Positions 1 through 8,869 of a DNA stretch of 64,000 nucleotides are shown here, in pieces. The DNA is from an uncultured Bacilli bacterium. Its GTDB lineage: Bacteria > Bacillota_I > Bacilli_A > RF39 > UBA660. A program made the position numbers and the translations under genes. How positions within the stretch are numbered: position 1 is the first letter of the stretch; each line of letters starts with the position of its first letter. The DNA is taken from NCBI GenBank assembly GCA_910584305.1, contig CAJTZW010000003.1:10378-74377 (forward strand), read 5' to 3'. Below the pieces are notes generated by a model. That model worked only from the letters and a program-made list of their open reading frames with translations, was not told where the DNA came from and ran no database searches.

Positions 1-1524
1 AGCATTTTGAATCTCTTTTAGAATATTTTCGATTGTTCCCAAAGTAGTCAAAGAAAGAAAATCCATTTTAAGAAGACCTAACTCCTCTAAATAATTCATA
101 GAATACCCTGTTAAATACATATTCTCATGTTTATATAATGGAACTACTTCATCAATATCATAATTACACATTACAACTCCAGCTGCATGTACTGAAGTAT
201 GCCTCTTTAATCCCTCTAATTTCAAACTTACTTTATATAAAGTCTGTAAGGAATCATTGCCTTCCAAAAATACCTTAATTTTTGGATTCCGTTGGTAATT
301 TTCCGTCAAAGAAAGCCTCGCATCAATCATACGGCACAAAAAATCAATTTGCGCAAGTGGTGTATCCATAACTCTTCCTACATCACGAACTACTTGTTTT
401 GCTCCTAGTGTTCCAAAAGTGATAATTTCAGCAACTCTTTTTTTGCCATATTTATTCACACAGTATTGAATTACCTCATCTCTTCTTGTATCTTCAAAAT
501 CCATATCAATATCAGGCATAGTAATACGCTCTGGATTTAGAAAACGTTCAAAAAATAAATTATATTGGATTGGATCAATATCAGTAATAAAAAGACAGTA
601 AGCCACCAAAGACCCTGCAGCACTTCCCCTTCCTGGGCCAACCAAAATACCATTTTCTTTAGCAAATTTTACATAATCCCAAACAACTAAAAAGTAATTA
701 CAAAATCCCATTGTTCGAATTACATCAAGCTCATACTGAAGTCTTTCAATATATTTTTTACTTACTGTAGCACCAAAACGTTTTTTTAAACCCTCTTTAC
801 ATAAGTGCCGTAAATAAGAATCACTAGAATATCCCTCCGGGCAATCGTATACTGGAAGTAAATCCTTTGAAAACTCTATCTCCAAATCACATAAGGAAAG
901 AATTTCACTATTGCAATTCCTTTCATAAGGTATTTCTGACAAAAATTCTAAATAATAATCCTCAGTTATTATCGGAATCTCTTTTAAGACCTTTCCAGAG
1001 GCAATGGCACGTAAATAACGTAAAAATCCTTTTTCTCCTTTTTTTAAATAAAGAATTTCCTTCATATATACAATATTAGCATATTCTTTTTTCAAATTCT
1101 CATATTCTTCCTTTGTAGAATACCCAAAATAAAGATTCTCATAAGAAGGTAATCGTTCTATAATATCCTTAGAAGAAAAGGGAACAATACAAATTATATC
1201 CGAAACAAAACCTCCCAAATCCTCTATTTCTAATACCTTTTCAGATTGAATCGTAGATAACTTTAATAAATTCTTATATCCCAAAAAATGCTTAGCATAC
1301 AAAATAATCTTACTATCCTGTATAGTACACTCTAACCCAATAATCGGCTGGATTCCATTTTCTTTACATAATTTATAAAACTCCATTGCACCAAATAGAT
1401 TAGCGTCAGTAATTGTCAGAGCAGGAAGTCCCATTTTCTTAGCATATTCCACAAGTTCTGAAACACGAATTGTACTCTGCAACAAAGAATTTTCTGTTTT
1501 TATATATAAGGGAACATATGTCAT
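1..1524 (-). CDS. dnaE: DNA polymerase III alpha subunit DnaE (N-terminal ~508 aa; gene continues past window start)
   Basis: Minus-strand translation from the ATG at 1524 (SD GGAGGT upstream) gives MTYVPLYIKTENSLLQS...GLPALTITD...IQPIIGLE, which is PHP-domain-like. Further in are ...KENGILVGPGRGSAAGSLVAYCLFITDIDP..ERFLNPERITMPDIDMDF...HAAGVV...LGLLKMDFLSL, hallmark Pol III alpha motifs. polC is separately present at 51256-56025, so this is the DnaE-type paralog. The ORF is not in the track because it runs off the window. Confidence 0.85.
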   Translation of the reverse strand, partial: MTYVPLYIKTENSLLQSTIRVSELVEYAKKMGLPALTITDANLFGAMEFYKLCKENGIQPIIGLECTIQDSKIILYAKHFLGYKNLLKLSTIQSEKVLEIEDLGGFVSDIICIVPFSSKDIIERLPSYENLYFGYSTKEEYENLKKEYANIVYMKEILYLKKGEKGFLRYLRAIASGKVLKEIPIITEDYYLEFLSEIPYERNCNSEILSLCDLEIEFSKDLLPVYDCPEGYSSDSYLRHLCKEGLKKRFGATVSKKYIERLQYELDVIRTMGFCNYFLVVWDYVKFAKENGILVGPGRGSAAGSLVAYCLFITDIDPIQYNLFFERFLNPERITMPDIDMDFEDTRRDEVIQYCVNKYGKKRVAEIITFGTLGAKQVVRDVGRVMDTPLAQIDFLCRMIDARLSLTENYQRNPKIKVFLEGNDSLQTLYKVSLKLEGLKRHTSVHAAGVVMCNYDIDEVVPLYKHENMYLTGYSMNYLEELGLLKMDFLSLTTLGTIENILKEIQNA

Positions 1525-1656
1525 AAAACTACCTCCATTGAATCTAATTTTACTATATTTTTCTTTTTTTTTAAAGAAATTCAATCATAAATATTTGACT
1601 TTATCATAATATTATGGTAAAGTTATAAGGCATAGGACGAATTTATATTAAGGAGG

Positions 1657-1872
1657 ATGTATATGGCAACTAAATTAACAAGAAAAAAACCATTATTTGG
1701 AAATAGAAGATCCCACTCATTAAGGGCAACTAGACATGCACAAAAACCAAATTTACAACAAATTCGTTTAGAAGATGGAACGAAAGTAATAATGAGTGCT
1801 AGAGAACTTAGAACTTTAAGAAAAGCATCAAGAAAAGAAGTTAATGCAGAAATTACAGAAGTCGCAGCATAA
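1657..1872 (+). CDS. rpmB: 50S ribosomal protein L28 (bL28)
   Basis: 71 aa basic protein MATKLTRKKPLFGNRRSHSLRATRHAQKPNLQQIRL...; conserved GN.vSHS..kT.R.f.PNLQ pattern of bL28. SD AAGGAGG 7 nt upstream. Confidence 0.8.
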   Translation: MYMATKLTRKKPLFGNRRSHSLRATRHAQKPNLQQIRLEDGTKVIMSARELRTLRKASRKEVNAEITEVAA

Positions 1873-2181
1873 TTTACAAGATATAGAAATATATCTTTTT
1901 TTATTACTTAAATCACAACCAACACTTAATCTTTACATCGCCATCCTTGCCTATATACTATTTTAGCAAACATACGTTTGTTATTCAATACTTTTATCAC
2001 AATTTATAACAAAGAAAAGCGATTTTAAAAATCGCTTTTCTATAAAAGATGTGAAAAGGAGAGTATTACCAAAATCATAATACTTGTTAGTTCACAGTAA
2101 AACTACGCCATGTACTATTAAAGTAGCCTGCTAAGATATATGCGGTAATAAAACATATATCCAATATTTAATTTGTATCAA

Positions 2182-3015
2182 TTACAAAATTTTATGCTCT
2201 TCTTCTCCATCTAATCCATAATAACTTGTATTAATAGCAATTCCAAGTACAAAAACATAAGCAATCAAATAAATCCAAATCATTAACATAGCAATGCTAG
2301 ATAGCCCACCATAAAATCGATCATAATTTGCAATATTATTCGCATAAAATGCATACAAAGCAGTAACTACTAACCATCCAGCTGTCGTAAATAATGATCC
2401 CTTATTTACATATTTACTAGATATCTTTTTATCAGGTGCCATCGTATACAACGCTTTTACCAATAAGAAAATAACAATAAATGCTGTTGGCCATTTTAAT
2501 AAAATAAATAAAGAATAAATATCAATTGAAATATAATGAAATATTTCTAAACTCAAAATAAATTTTAAAATAATATTTCCAAAAGCAAGAACGACCAGTG
2601 CAAAAACAAACATCAACATCAAAATGATTGTGAGAAAAAATGCCTTTACCCTACGAAAAATATAATTAGCGTCTTCTGTTTTATATAAAGCATTTGAAGC
2701 CAAAATAATCGCATGAGCTCCATTAGAGGCTACAATAAATCCAATGATCAATAACACAATCATATGAGGAGTTTCTGAACTTACCGTAAAAAAAGGTTCT
2801 AATAAGGAAACAATCCCCTTCGGTAAAAGACCATTAACCATTGTTGTCACATCTAATATAGATACAGATAATAAAGAGCAAATAACCCCAACCAAAGTAA
2901 TTAAAGGCATAATAGAAAGCACTAAAAAGAAAGCTAAATTCCCAGGTAAAATTCGCATTTCATGTTTCGATATAATCTGAAAAAATCGTTCAAGATAACT
3001 TTTTATCCTTTGCAT
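2182..3015 (-). CDS. YihY/BrkB (ribonuclease BN-like) family inner-membrane protein
   Basis: Polytopic membrane protein. N-terminus MQRIKSYLERFFQIISKHEMRILPGNLAFFLVLSIMPLI is typical of the YihY/BrkB family. Start moved to M9, which has SD AGGTGA at -5. Confidence 0.65.
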   Translation of the reverse strand: MQRIKSYLERFFQIISKHEMRILPGNLAFFLVLSIMPLITLVGVICSLLSVSILDVTTMVNGLLPKGIVSLLEPFFTVSSETPHMIVLLIIGFIVASNGAHAIILASNALYKTEDANYIFRRVKAFFLTIILMLMFVFALVVLAFGNIILKFILSLEIFHYISIDIYSLFILLKWPTAFIVIFLLVKALYTMAPDKKISSKYVNKGSLFTTAGWLVVTALYAFYANNIANYDRFYGGLSSIAMLMIWIYLIAYVFVLGIAINTSYYGLDGEEEHKIL

Positions 3016-3053
3016 AGTATCACCTCTTAAAAGGAGCAAAGACTATCTTTGCT

Positions 3054-5096
3054 CTAATTACTTATCTCCTCTTTATTGCTACGCATGTCTAATGTCGCTT
3101 CATTGATTGCATCATCAATTGTTTTAATACCATCTTGAATCATGCTATATCCTATAGCAGCTCCAAAGCCATGAGATAATTCTTTAAAATCTTTACTCAA
3201 TTTTCGAATATAAGAAACAACCTGTTTTTCCTCATATTCAACCATATAGATTAAAAATTCATTCCCATTTGTACGAATAATTTCTGTATTTTCTACTTGT
3301 GCTTGAATTAAAATATTAGCTGCCTCTGTAATAACCTTATCCCCTTCTTCATGTCCATAATTATCATTAATATAAGCAACATTATTTAAATCAACAATAA
3401 TAATACATTGTGGATAAATCTCACTACTATCCCACTTGGCAATAGAATCATTCAAATAATTTCGATTTTTCAAAGAAGTTAACATATCAATATAACGCAA
3501 TTTACTATCTTTACTAATACTTGTATTCTTCTTTCTATTTGTTTCCTTACTTTTCATCAATATGATAAACATAACTATCAAAATAAGAACACCTGCAAGT
3601 AGCATATAAAAAGCCATACTATTTGTTAAATCTTCAGAGAACATCTTGTAAGTAACTTTATTTTGAATTGATTTCTCATTCATAAAACTCAAATAAAAAT
3701 TAAAATAAGAATTGAATAATTGATTAGCTTCAATATCTCGAGCAATAAAATCATAATCATACAACAAATCCGTCACATAATCTACTTTGTAATCCTTTAA
3801 CTTAGTTTTAGAATAAATATCATAAACGGCAGAATCAACTACTAAAATCGTATTTTTATCTAAAGAAGATAAAATATCATCCAATGTATCATACTCTTTT
3901 ACAGTAATACCATATGTCTGCAATAATGATGAAATTTTAGAATTTCTAATGGTTGAAACCACTCTTCCTTTTAAGGAAAAAAGAGAATTAATTGTCAAAT
4001 TATTTGAAATGGAAGAAATTACTGCCAACTTTTCATCATAGATAGAAACAGTCCCTACAGCATCCATATCAAAGGAATCTGTATCACCAAGTCCAAACAT
4101 AAAATCAACTTTATTCTCGTTAAATGCTTTCGTTAAATCCTCAATACTATCATACTCTATATATTTAACATCAACATCCGCCGTTTTAGCAAAAGCACGT
4201 ATTACCTCTTTATTAATTCCAACCAAATGCTGATTTATAGTTTGATCATATGGTGCATAGTTAACAAATCCATATACATAACTTTTACTTCTAAATTGAG
4301 TCTTTTCCTGCTCTGTAATATTATTAAATAAGAAATACATTTCAGAAAAATGGGTAATATAAGAATGTTCTAAAGACTCTGAATTCCATTTCTTAAAATA
4401 CTTTGTAATAATACTATTTAATTTCGAATTGGTTCCTAGATGTAATACTAGGCTTTGTCCCATTTCAGTAATATTATACGCATTATATAAAGAATCATGT
4501 GTCGATAGTTCTTCAAAATACAAAATTTGAGGTAAAACAATACCAGAAACTTCTCCATTTTGAAGAGCCGAAATCAACTCTCTTGTATTCTTATAACTTT
4601 TATATTGTAACCCACTGTTTGCTTGCAAATAGTAATTTATATCAGCCATATCATCAGATAAGACACCCAGCGTCATAGCGGGAATTTTATCTAAAGATCC
4701 ATATTTCACATTTTGACTTACAAAAATCGCATAATGATCTTGATAAAAAACAATATCGCCTTCACTAGGAGTGCTCACAAATTCAAAAGCATATTCAGTA
4801 GGAACCTCTTTTCCGATTGCATAAGGCAATTTATTAAACTCTAGTCCTGTATTCTCCTCGATATCCTGAACAAAATCAAATAAAACCCCCGAGCCACCAT
4901 AACTAAACACTGGAATATCATTTAAAATACCCAAATCAATTACAGTATTCTTATTATCCTCAATCCATCTTTTATCCATTAATGTAAGCGTTGAATTCTT
5001 ATCCTGCTTTATAAAAAGAAAATATCCAGTCAAGCTGAGTGCAAGAATTACAACAAAAGCAACGATACCCCCAATTATAATCTTTTTCTTATTCAT
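3054..5096 (-). CDS. membrane-anchored sensor with two periplasmic SBP_bac_3-like solute-binding domains and a C-terminal degenerate GGDEF domain
   Basis: N-terminal TM, about 470 aa extracytoplasmic region with amino-acid-SBP-like segments, a second TM, then a GGDEF-fold: ...IIIVDLNNVAYINDNYGHEEGDKVI...IIRTNGNEFLIYM. The signature reads NGNEF, not GG(D/E)EF, and there is no RxxD I-site. Start set to ATG 5096 (MNKKKIII) with AGGTGG SD; the track's GTG start at 5105 is less likely. Confidence 0.6.
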   Translation of the reverse strand: MNKKKIIIGGIVAFVVILALSLTGYFLFIKQDKNSTLTLMDKRWIEDNKNTVIDLGILNDIPVFSYGGSGVLFDFVQDIEENTGLEFNKLPYAIGKEVPTEYAFEFVSTPSEGDIVFYQDHYAIFVSQNVKYGSLDKIPAMTLGVLSDDMADINYYLQANSGLQYKSYKNTRELISALQNGEVSGIVLPQILYFEELSTHDSLYNAYNITEMGQSLVLHLGTNSKLNSIITKYFKKWNSESLEHSYITHFSEMYFLFNNITEQEKTQFRSKSYVYGFVNYAPYDQTINQHLVGINKEVIRAFAKTADVDVKYIEYDSIEDLTKAFNENKVDFMFGLGDTDSFDMDAVGTVSIYDEKLAVISSISNNLTINSLFSLKGRVVSTIRNSKISSLLQTYGITVKEYDTLDDILSSLDKNTILVVDSAVYDIYSKTKLKDYKVDYVTDLLYDYDFIARDIEANQLFNSYFNFYLSFMNEKSIQNKVTYKMFSEDLTNSMAFYMLLAGVLILIVMFIILMKSKETNRKKNTSISKDSKLRYIDMLTSLKNRNYLNDSIAKWDSSEIYPQCIIIVDLNNVAYINDNYGHEEGDKVITEAANILIQAQVENTEIIRTNGNEFLIYMVEYEEKQVVSYIRKLSKDFKELSHGFGAAIGYSMIQDGIKTIDDAINEATLDMRSNKEEISN

Positions 5097-5109
5097 ACAT
5101 ACCACCTAA

Positions 5110-5571
5110 CTAATTGTTACTCCATACAAGCACTTCACTTGTTTTATGCTTATACCCAATGATTGGGTACTTTTCACTATTTTCGTTATCTGAAGTAAGC
5201 ATCACTTCAGCATCATAATATCCTTTTTCTTCATCAGAAAAATATGTAAGTGCTTGATCTGCATAACCTTTAGCAACATCACGTTCTAAACCATCTTCTA
5301 CACGAATCACAATATCAATAAGCTTTCCTTCTAAGATATACTCAACAGAAGTTACACCTTCTAGCTTACCTATTACATCCTTCATTTCACTTACCTTAGT
5401 ATCGTCAATTTTGTAACTACTAATACCACTTAAACGGTTCCCATATAAATCACCACCATAATTTGGAATTAGGAAACGGAAAATCGCAAAAGCCAAAATA
5501 ATAATAATTAATAAAACAGAAATTGTACAAGTTGTAAATTTATGCTTACGAATAAACTCCATCAATTTCAT
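5110..5571 (-). CDS. hypothetical N-terminally membrane-anchored protein (start uncertain)
   Basis: ORF with one TM (ISVLLIIIILAFAIF) followed by a soluble domain. A likely -10 (TATAAT) and GGAG lie inside the longest ORF, so the true start is probably M30-M33 (5571 or 5562). It is 4 nt upstream of the GGDEF-like gene, so probably co-transcribed. Confidence 0.4.
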   Translation of the reverse strand: MKLMEFIRKHKFTTCTISVLLIIIILAFAIFRFLIPNYGGDLYGNRLSGISSYKIDDTKVSEMKDVIGKLEGVTSVEYILEGKLIDIVIRVEDGLERDVAKGYADQALTYFSDEEKGYYDAEVMLTSDNENSEKYPIIGYKHKTSEVLVWSNN

Positions 5572-6057
5572 CTCCATTCGTGAATACATTATACTATAAA
5601 ACAAATGTTTTTTCAAATTTTTGTAATTAACATATTTGAATTTACATACAATTGACAATTACACAAAACAAAGGACATTAATATTTCAAATGCATCTCCA
5701 CTAATAATAATATTCTTTATTAACAGAAAAAATTTCCTTATAAAAAAGTACTTAATAGTATCTCATAACTATCTTAACACTATTTCACTATTTTACATAT
5801 TATATTACCTCGACAACATTTATTTTTATACAGATCCGTCATTCATTTATAAATTAGGAAAACTAGTCACTTTATATTAGTTTAACATTTAGTTGTAATA
5901 ACCTACAGCCAATGAATAAAATTATATGAACATTTTTCAAATCTATCACATATAATATGATAGATATAAATTATTCTATGAAACAAGCAATTGATTATAT
6001 ATAAACCCAAGCCCTATCCTATGCCACCAATAATTTTACAAAAATTAAAAGAAATAG

Positions 6058-6086
6058 TTGACAACCATATTTCAATCTAGTATAAT
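6058..6086 (+). promoter_or_regulatory. sigma-A type promoter (TTGACA-17-TATAAT) for tRNA-Gly
   Basis: ttgacaaccatatttcaatctagtataat: perfect -35 and -10 hexamers with a 17-nt spacer, ending about 20 nt before the tRNA 5' end. Confidence 0.6.
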
Positions 6087-6105
6087 TTAAAATGCCTACT
6101 GAAAT

Positions 6106-6179
6106 GCGGATGTAGTTTAATGGTAGAACCTCAGCCTTCCAAGCTGACTACGGGAGTTCGATTCTCCTCATCCGCTCCA
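6106..6179 (+). tRNA. tRNA-Gly (anticodon UCC)
   Basis: GCGGATG acceptor stem pairing with CATCCGC; D arm GTTT/GAAC; anticodon stem TCAGC/GCTGA with loop CTTCCAA (anticodon TCC); T arm GGGAG-TTCGATT-CTCCT; encoded CCA 3' end. Confidence 0.9.
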
Positions 6180-6188
6180 TTGAGGTCC

Positions 6189-6225
6189 AAACTCGCATAC
6201 TAGAAATAGTAAAGCGAGTTTTTAA
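6189..6225 (+). terminator. rho-independent terminator after tRNA-Gly
   Basis: aaactcgc-(16 nt loop)-gcgagttt followed by a T-run. Confidence 0.55.
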
Positions 6226-6416
6226 ATATACTTTATAGGACAAAAAAATTTCATTTTACATTTGATAAATACTAGGTATAAATGGGCTTCCTGATAATAT
6301 AAAATAAAGTATAATTATAGAAAAAAATTAATCATATTGCTTATCTGGTCTAGTGGAAATGAACCCCAAACTGTTTCCTAATTGACAGGTTGTTTCTTCA
6401 AAATCGTTCGAACTAG

Positions 6417-6444
6417 TTGCAACAAATTGTAATCATTCTATAAT
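6417..6444 (+). promoter_or_regulatory. candidate promoter (TTGCAA-16-TATAAT) for the 6524-7132 orphan gene; a second extended -10 (TGaTATAAT) lies at 6489-6497
   Basis: Read directly from the sequence. It leaves a long leader of about 80-290 nt before the TTG start. Confidence 0.4.
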
Positions 6445-6523
6445 AGATGACATAGAAATCAAAAATTGTATATAGTGTAGGCAAAATATGATATAATACT
6501 TAATACAAAAGGAGTGATTAGAA

Positions 6524-7132
6524 TTGGATTTAAAAGAAAAATTAGCAAAGCTGAAAATGAGTCTTTTAGATTCATCTTCATTAGATAATAGAGACTACGA
6601 ATTTGAGGCCGAATTAGAAGATCATCCACTTGGTAACCAAAATATTTATCGATTACATTATATTAATTATCATAGAATTGGTGAAAGTTATGGACAACGA
6701 GGTAATAATGTAGGGGTTATTGATTGGCCATTTAAACCCTTTGTATTACCAAATGGAATGAGTAGAGAAGATTCTTTTAAAGTTTTATCATATTTGACAG
6801 ATTTTATAGAAACCCAATTAAATTTAGAACCTTGTTCACATAAAAGTGTTTCCATATTAGATAATGTATTAAATTTAGAAAGACTAGGTTTCAAAAAATT
6901 AAATATATCTTTAGACATTGCTTCTACTAATGTTATTGATTTATTTACAGTATCTGGAAGATTACAACTATTTAAAAACAGTAATCACTACCAAAGATAT
7001 TTTGAATGGTATACTGAAGGTATTACATTTGATGAAGTAAATAATATTTACAATAAGTGTGGAATTCAGTTTTATGATTTAGTTGATATAAGTGATTCTT
7101 TCCAAAATCTACAACTAATAAAGAAAACATAA
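6524..7132 (+). CDS. hypothetical protein (orphan, 202 aa; TTG start)
   Basis: Clean ORF with AAGGAG SD 9 nt before a TTG at 6524. No motif I recognise. It is flanked by its own promoter and a strong terminator, immediately 3' of tRNA-Gly. Confidence 0.5.
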   Translation: MDLKEKLAKLKMSLLDSSSLDNRDYEFEAELEDHPLGNQNIYRLHYINYHRIGESYGQRGNNVGVIDWPFKPFVLPNGMSREDSFKVLSYLTDFIETQLNLEPCSHKSVSILDNVLNLERLGFKKLNISLDIASTNVIDLFTVSGRLQLFKNSNHYQRYFEWYTEGITFDEVNNIYNKCGIQFYDLVDISDSFQNLQLIKKT

Positions 7133-7156
7133 AATTTATTTTTCATTCTTACTTTT

Positions 7157-7196
7157 AAAAAGAAATTAGATATAGATAGTTCTAATTTCTTTTTCT
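7157..7196 (+). terminator. rho-independent terminator (13-bp perfect stem)
   Basis: aaaagaaattaga-tatagatagt-tctaatttctttt followed by a T-rich tract. Confidence 0.6.
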
Positions 7197-7357
7197 ATTC
7201 AACATTTGATATATACTATTTTTCAGCCCTAATGATAAAATTATATCTAATTTATCAATATGGGCTTTTCTTGTTCTAAACTATGTGCCAATGTCCTATT
7301 GGAATTGATTCTGTATTCAAAATTAATTATATCTAGTATTTTAAAATAATACGGTAT

Positions 7358-7513
7358 ATGTGTTCCGCAAGAGTAAGCATGGAAGAGCAGGCCCGTGAAG
7401 GGTTTAGTCTCGAAAGCATAAAAAGATTATGTGATTATAAGAAGTATAAGATTTACAAAGTTTATCGTGAAGAAGGAGTTTCAACTAAAAATATGAAACA
7501 CCATAGATTTTAG
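7358..7513 (+). pseudogene. remnant N-terminal fragment (52 codons) of a serine recombinase/integrase
   Basis: Translation ..RYMCSARVSMEEQAREGFSLESIKRLCDYKKYKIYKVYREEGVSTKNMKHHRF* matches the catalytic N-terminus of serine recombinases (..RVSteeQ..GfSL..Q.. with active-site Ser, then ..EGiSg). It stops after about 50 aa, so it is truncated. Confidence 0.55.
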
Positions 7514-7547
7514 AAAATGATTCAAACAAGATAAATAATTTCCTGAC

Positions 7548-8102
7548 TTAAAAATTAGGATTATTTTCTTTTAGTACTTTTAATATTACATATTTAACAT
7601 GTTCTTTTGAATTATCATTACTAGTTGAGTAAAAATGGATTAATTTAATACCCACGGTTTTGCATATATTTATTACCTTTTGGTCTCTTTCTTTTCTATC
7701 TTTTCGCAAATGAGTTCTATCATTTATTTCTACTAATAAAAGTAGCTCTCTATAATCTTCTGTAAAAAAGGCAAAATCTATGTTTCTAAAGAGGGCATTA
7801 TTAGTTCTCGATTTTTGTAAATTTGATTTTGGCTTTTCTATAATAGAAGCTAAATTTAATTGTGGGTGTACAATCAAATTATTTTCTGTAGCTATCTCTT
7901 TAAAAATATTATAAAAATATCTTTCATAATTACTTATAAAGTACTCTTTAGGATTATATATATCATATTTAAAGCGTGTATCTTTTTCATTTCCTTCAAA
8001 TGCATTTTTATCATTTTTTTGCGTTTTTCCATTTCCACCTATTAATGCAACAATAGTGATTATAAATATTAAAAATAGTCCAACTAATAGAAAACCTAAC
8101 AT
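7548..8102 (-). CDS. DUF2726-domain protein (PD-(D/E)XK nuclease-fold family) with N-terminal TM anchor
   Basis: N-terminal hydrophobic helix, then ..KEYFISNYERYFYNIFKEIA...VHPQLNLASII...NIDFAFFTEDYRELLLLVEINDRTHLRKDRKERDQKVINICKTVGIKLIHF, which is the DUF2726 pattern. Confidence 0.5.
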   Translation of the reverse strand: MLGFLLVGLFLIFIITIVALIGGNGKTQKNDKNAFEGNEKDTRFKYDIYNPKEYFISNYERYFYNIFKEIATENNLIVHPQLNLASIIEKPKSNLQKSRTNNALFRNIDFAFFTEDYRELLLLVEINDRTHLRKDRKERDQKVINICKTVGIKLIHFYSTSNDNSKEHVKYVILKVLKENNPNF

Positions 8103-8303
8103 TTAAACATCCCTAACTTTCTAGAAACAGTATAACAAAAAAATGGCTAAATAGCCATAGATTATTAAAATAACAGGTCTTTTACTTATTAGAAATCATA
8201 GCGCCATTAAAAATGTCTTGCTTGAGCATTAAAGTATTTATTATTAATCTTAGTTATTCCCTCTTCAATTAAATTTTAGATTATAGAAAAGCAGCACTGT
8301 TAT

Positions 8304-8864
8304 TTATTTAATAAACTCTACTCCATCTTGAAGTGTCTTTTTGATTGTTCGAGATTCTAACAAATCTAATACAGCATATAAAATCAAAAAACCACCAATA
8401 ATCTGTGTAATTACAATAGCACCTTTAAATGGATTTAATATAAGAACAATTCCAAGTAAAATATTAAGACTTGAAATCACAGCACTACGAGACCACGAAG
8501 CATTCTGATAATTTCTAAGATTCATAGAAAATTGTAACTTTACTACACCATTAACTAAAATCCATACCCCTAAAATTAGCGGAATAATGGAAGCAATCAT
8601 ATTAGGCTGTGAAATAAAAATAACTGCAACCACAACACCCATAATTCCAAAGATAAATCCAAAATCAAATAAATCACCTGTTCCACGATTTGAAAAATAA
8701 CGAATCAAATTCATAATCCCATTAACAAGAATAATAATTCCTAAAATATAGGATATTAACGACAATGTAGTTTCAGGTTTAATGATTAAAAATATTCCTA
8801 CCAAAATAAATATAATAGATGTAATCGTTGAAATTTGTGATAATTTCCTTATATATTTTTCCAT
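8304..8864 (-). CDS. DUF308 (HdeD-like) membrane protein
   Basis: Six-helix small membrane protein; LIIKPETTLSLISYILGIIILVNGIMNLIRYF... is typical of DUF308. Confidence 0.5.
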   Translation of the reverse strand: MEKYIRKLSQISTITSIIFILVGIFLIIKPETTLSLISYILGIIILVNGIMNLIRYFSNRGTGDLFDFGFIFGIMGVVVAVIFISQPNMIASIIPLILGVWILVNGVVKLQFSMNLRNYQNASWSRSAVISSLNILLGIVLILNPFKGAIVITQIIGGFLILYAVLDLLESRTIKKTLQDGVEFIK

Positions 8865-8869
8865 AATTA

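Noticed and set aside
6688-6918. 76-aa minus-strand ORF
   Set aside because: Antisense inside the 6524-7132 gene, which has an SD, promoter and terminator.
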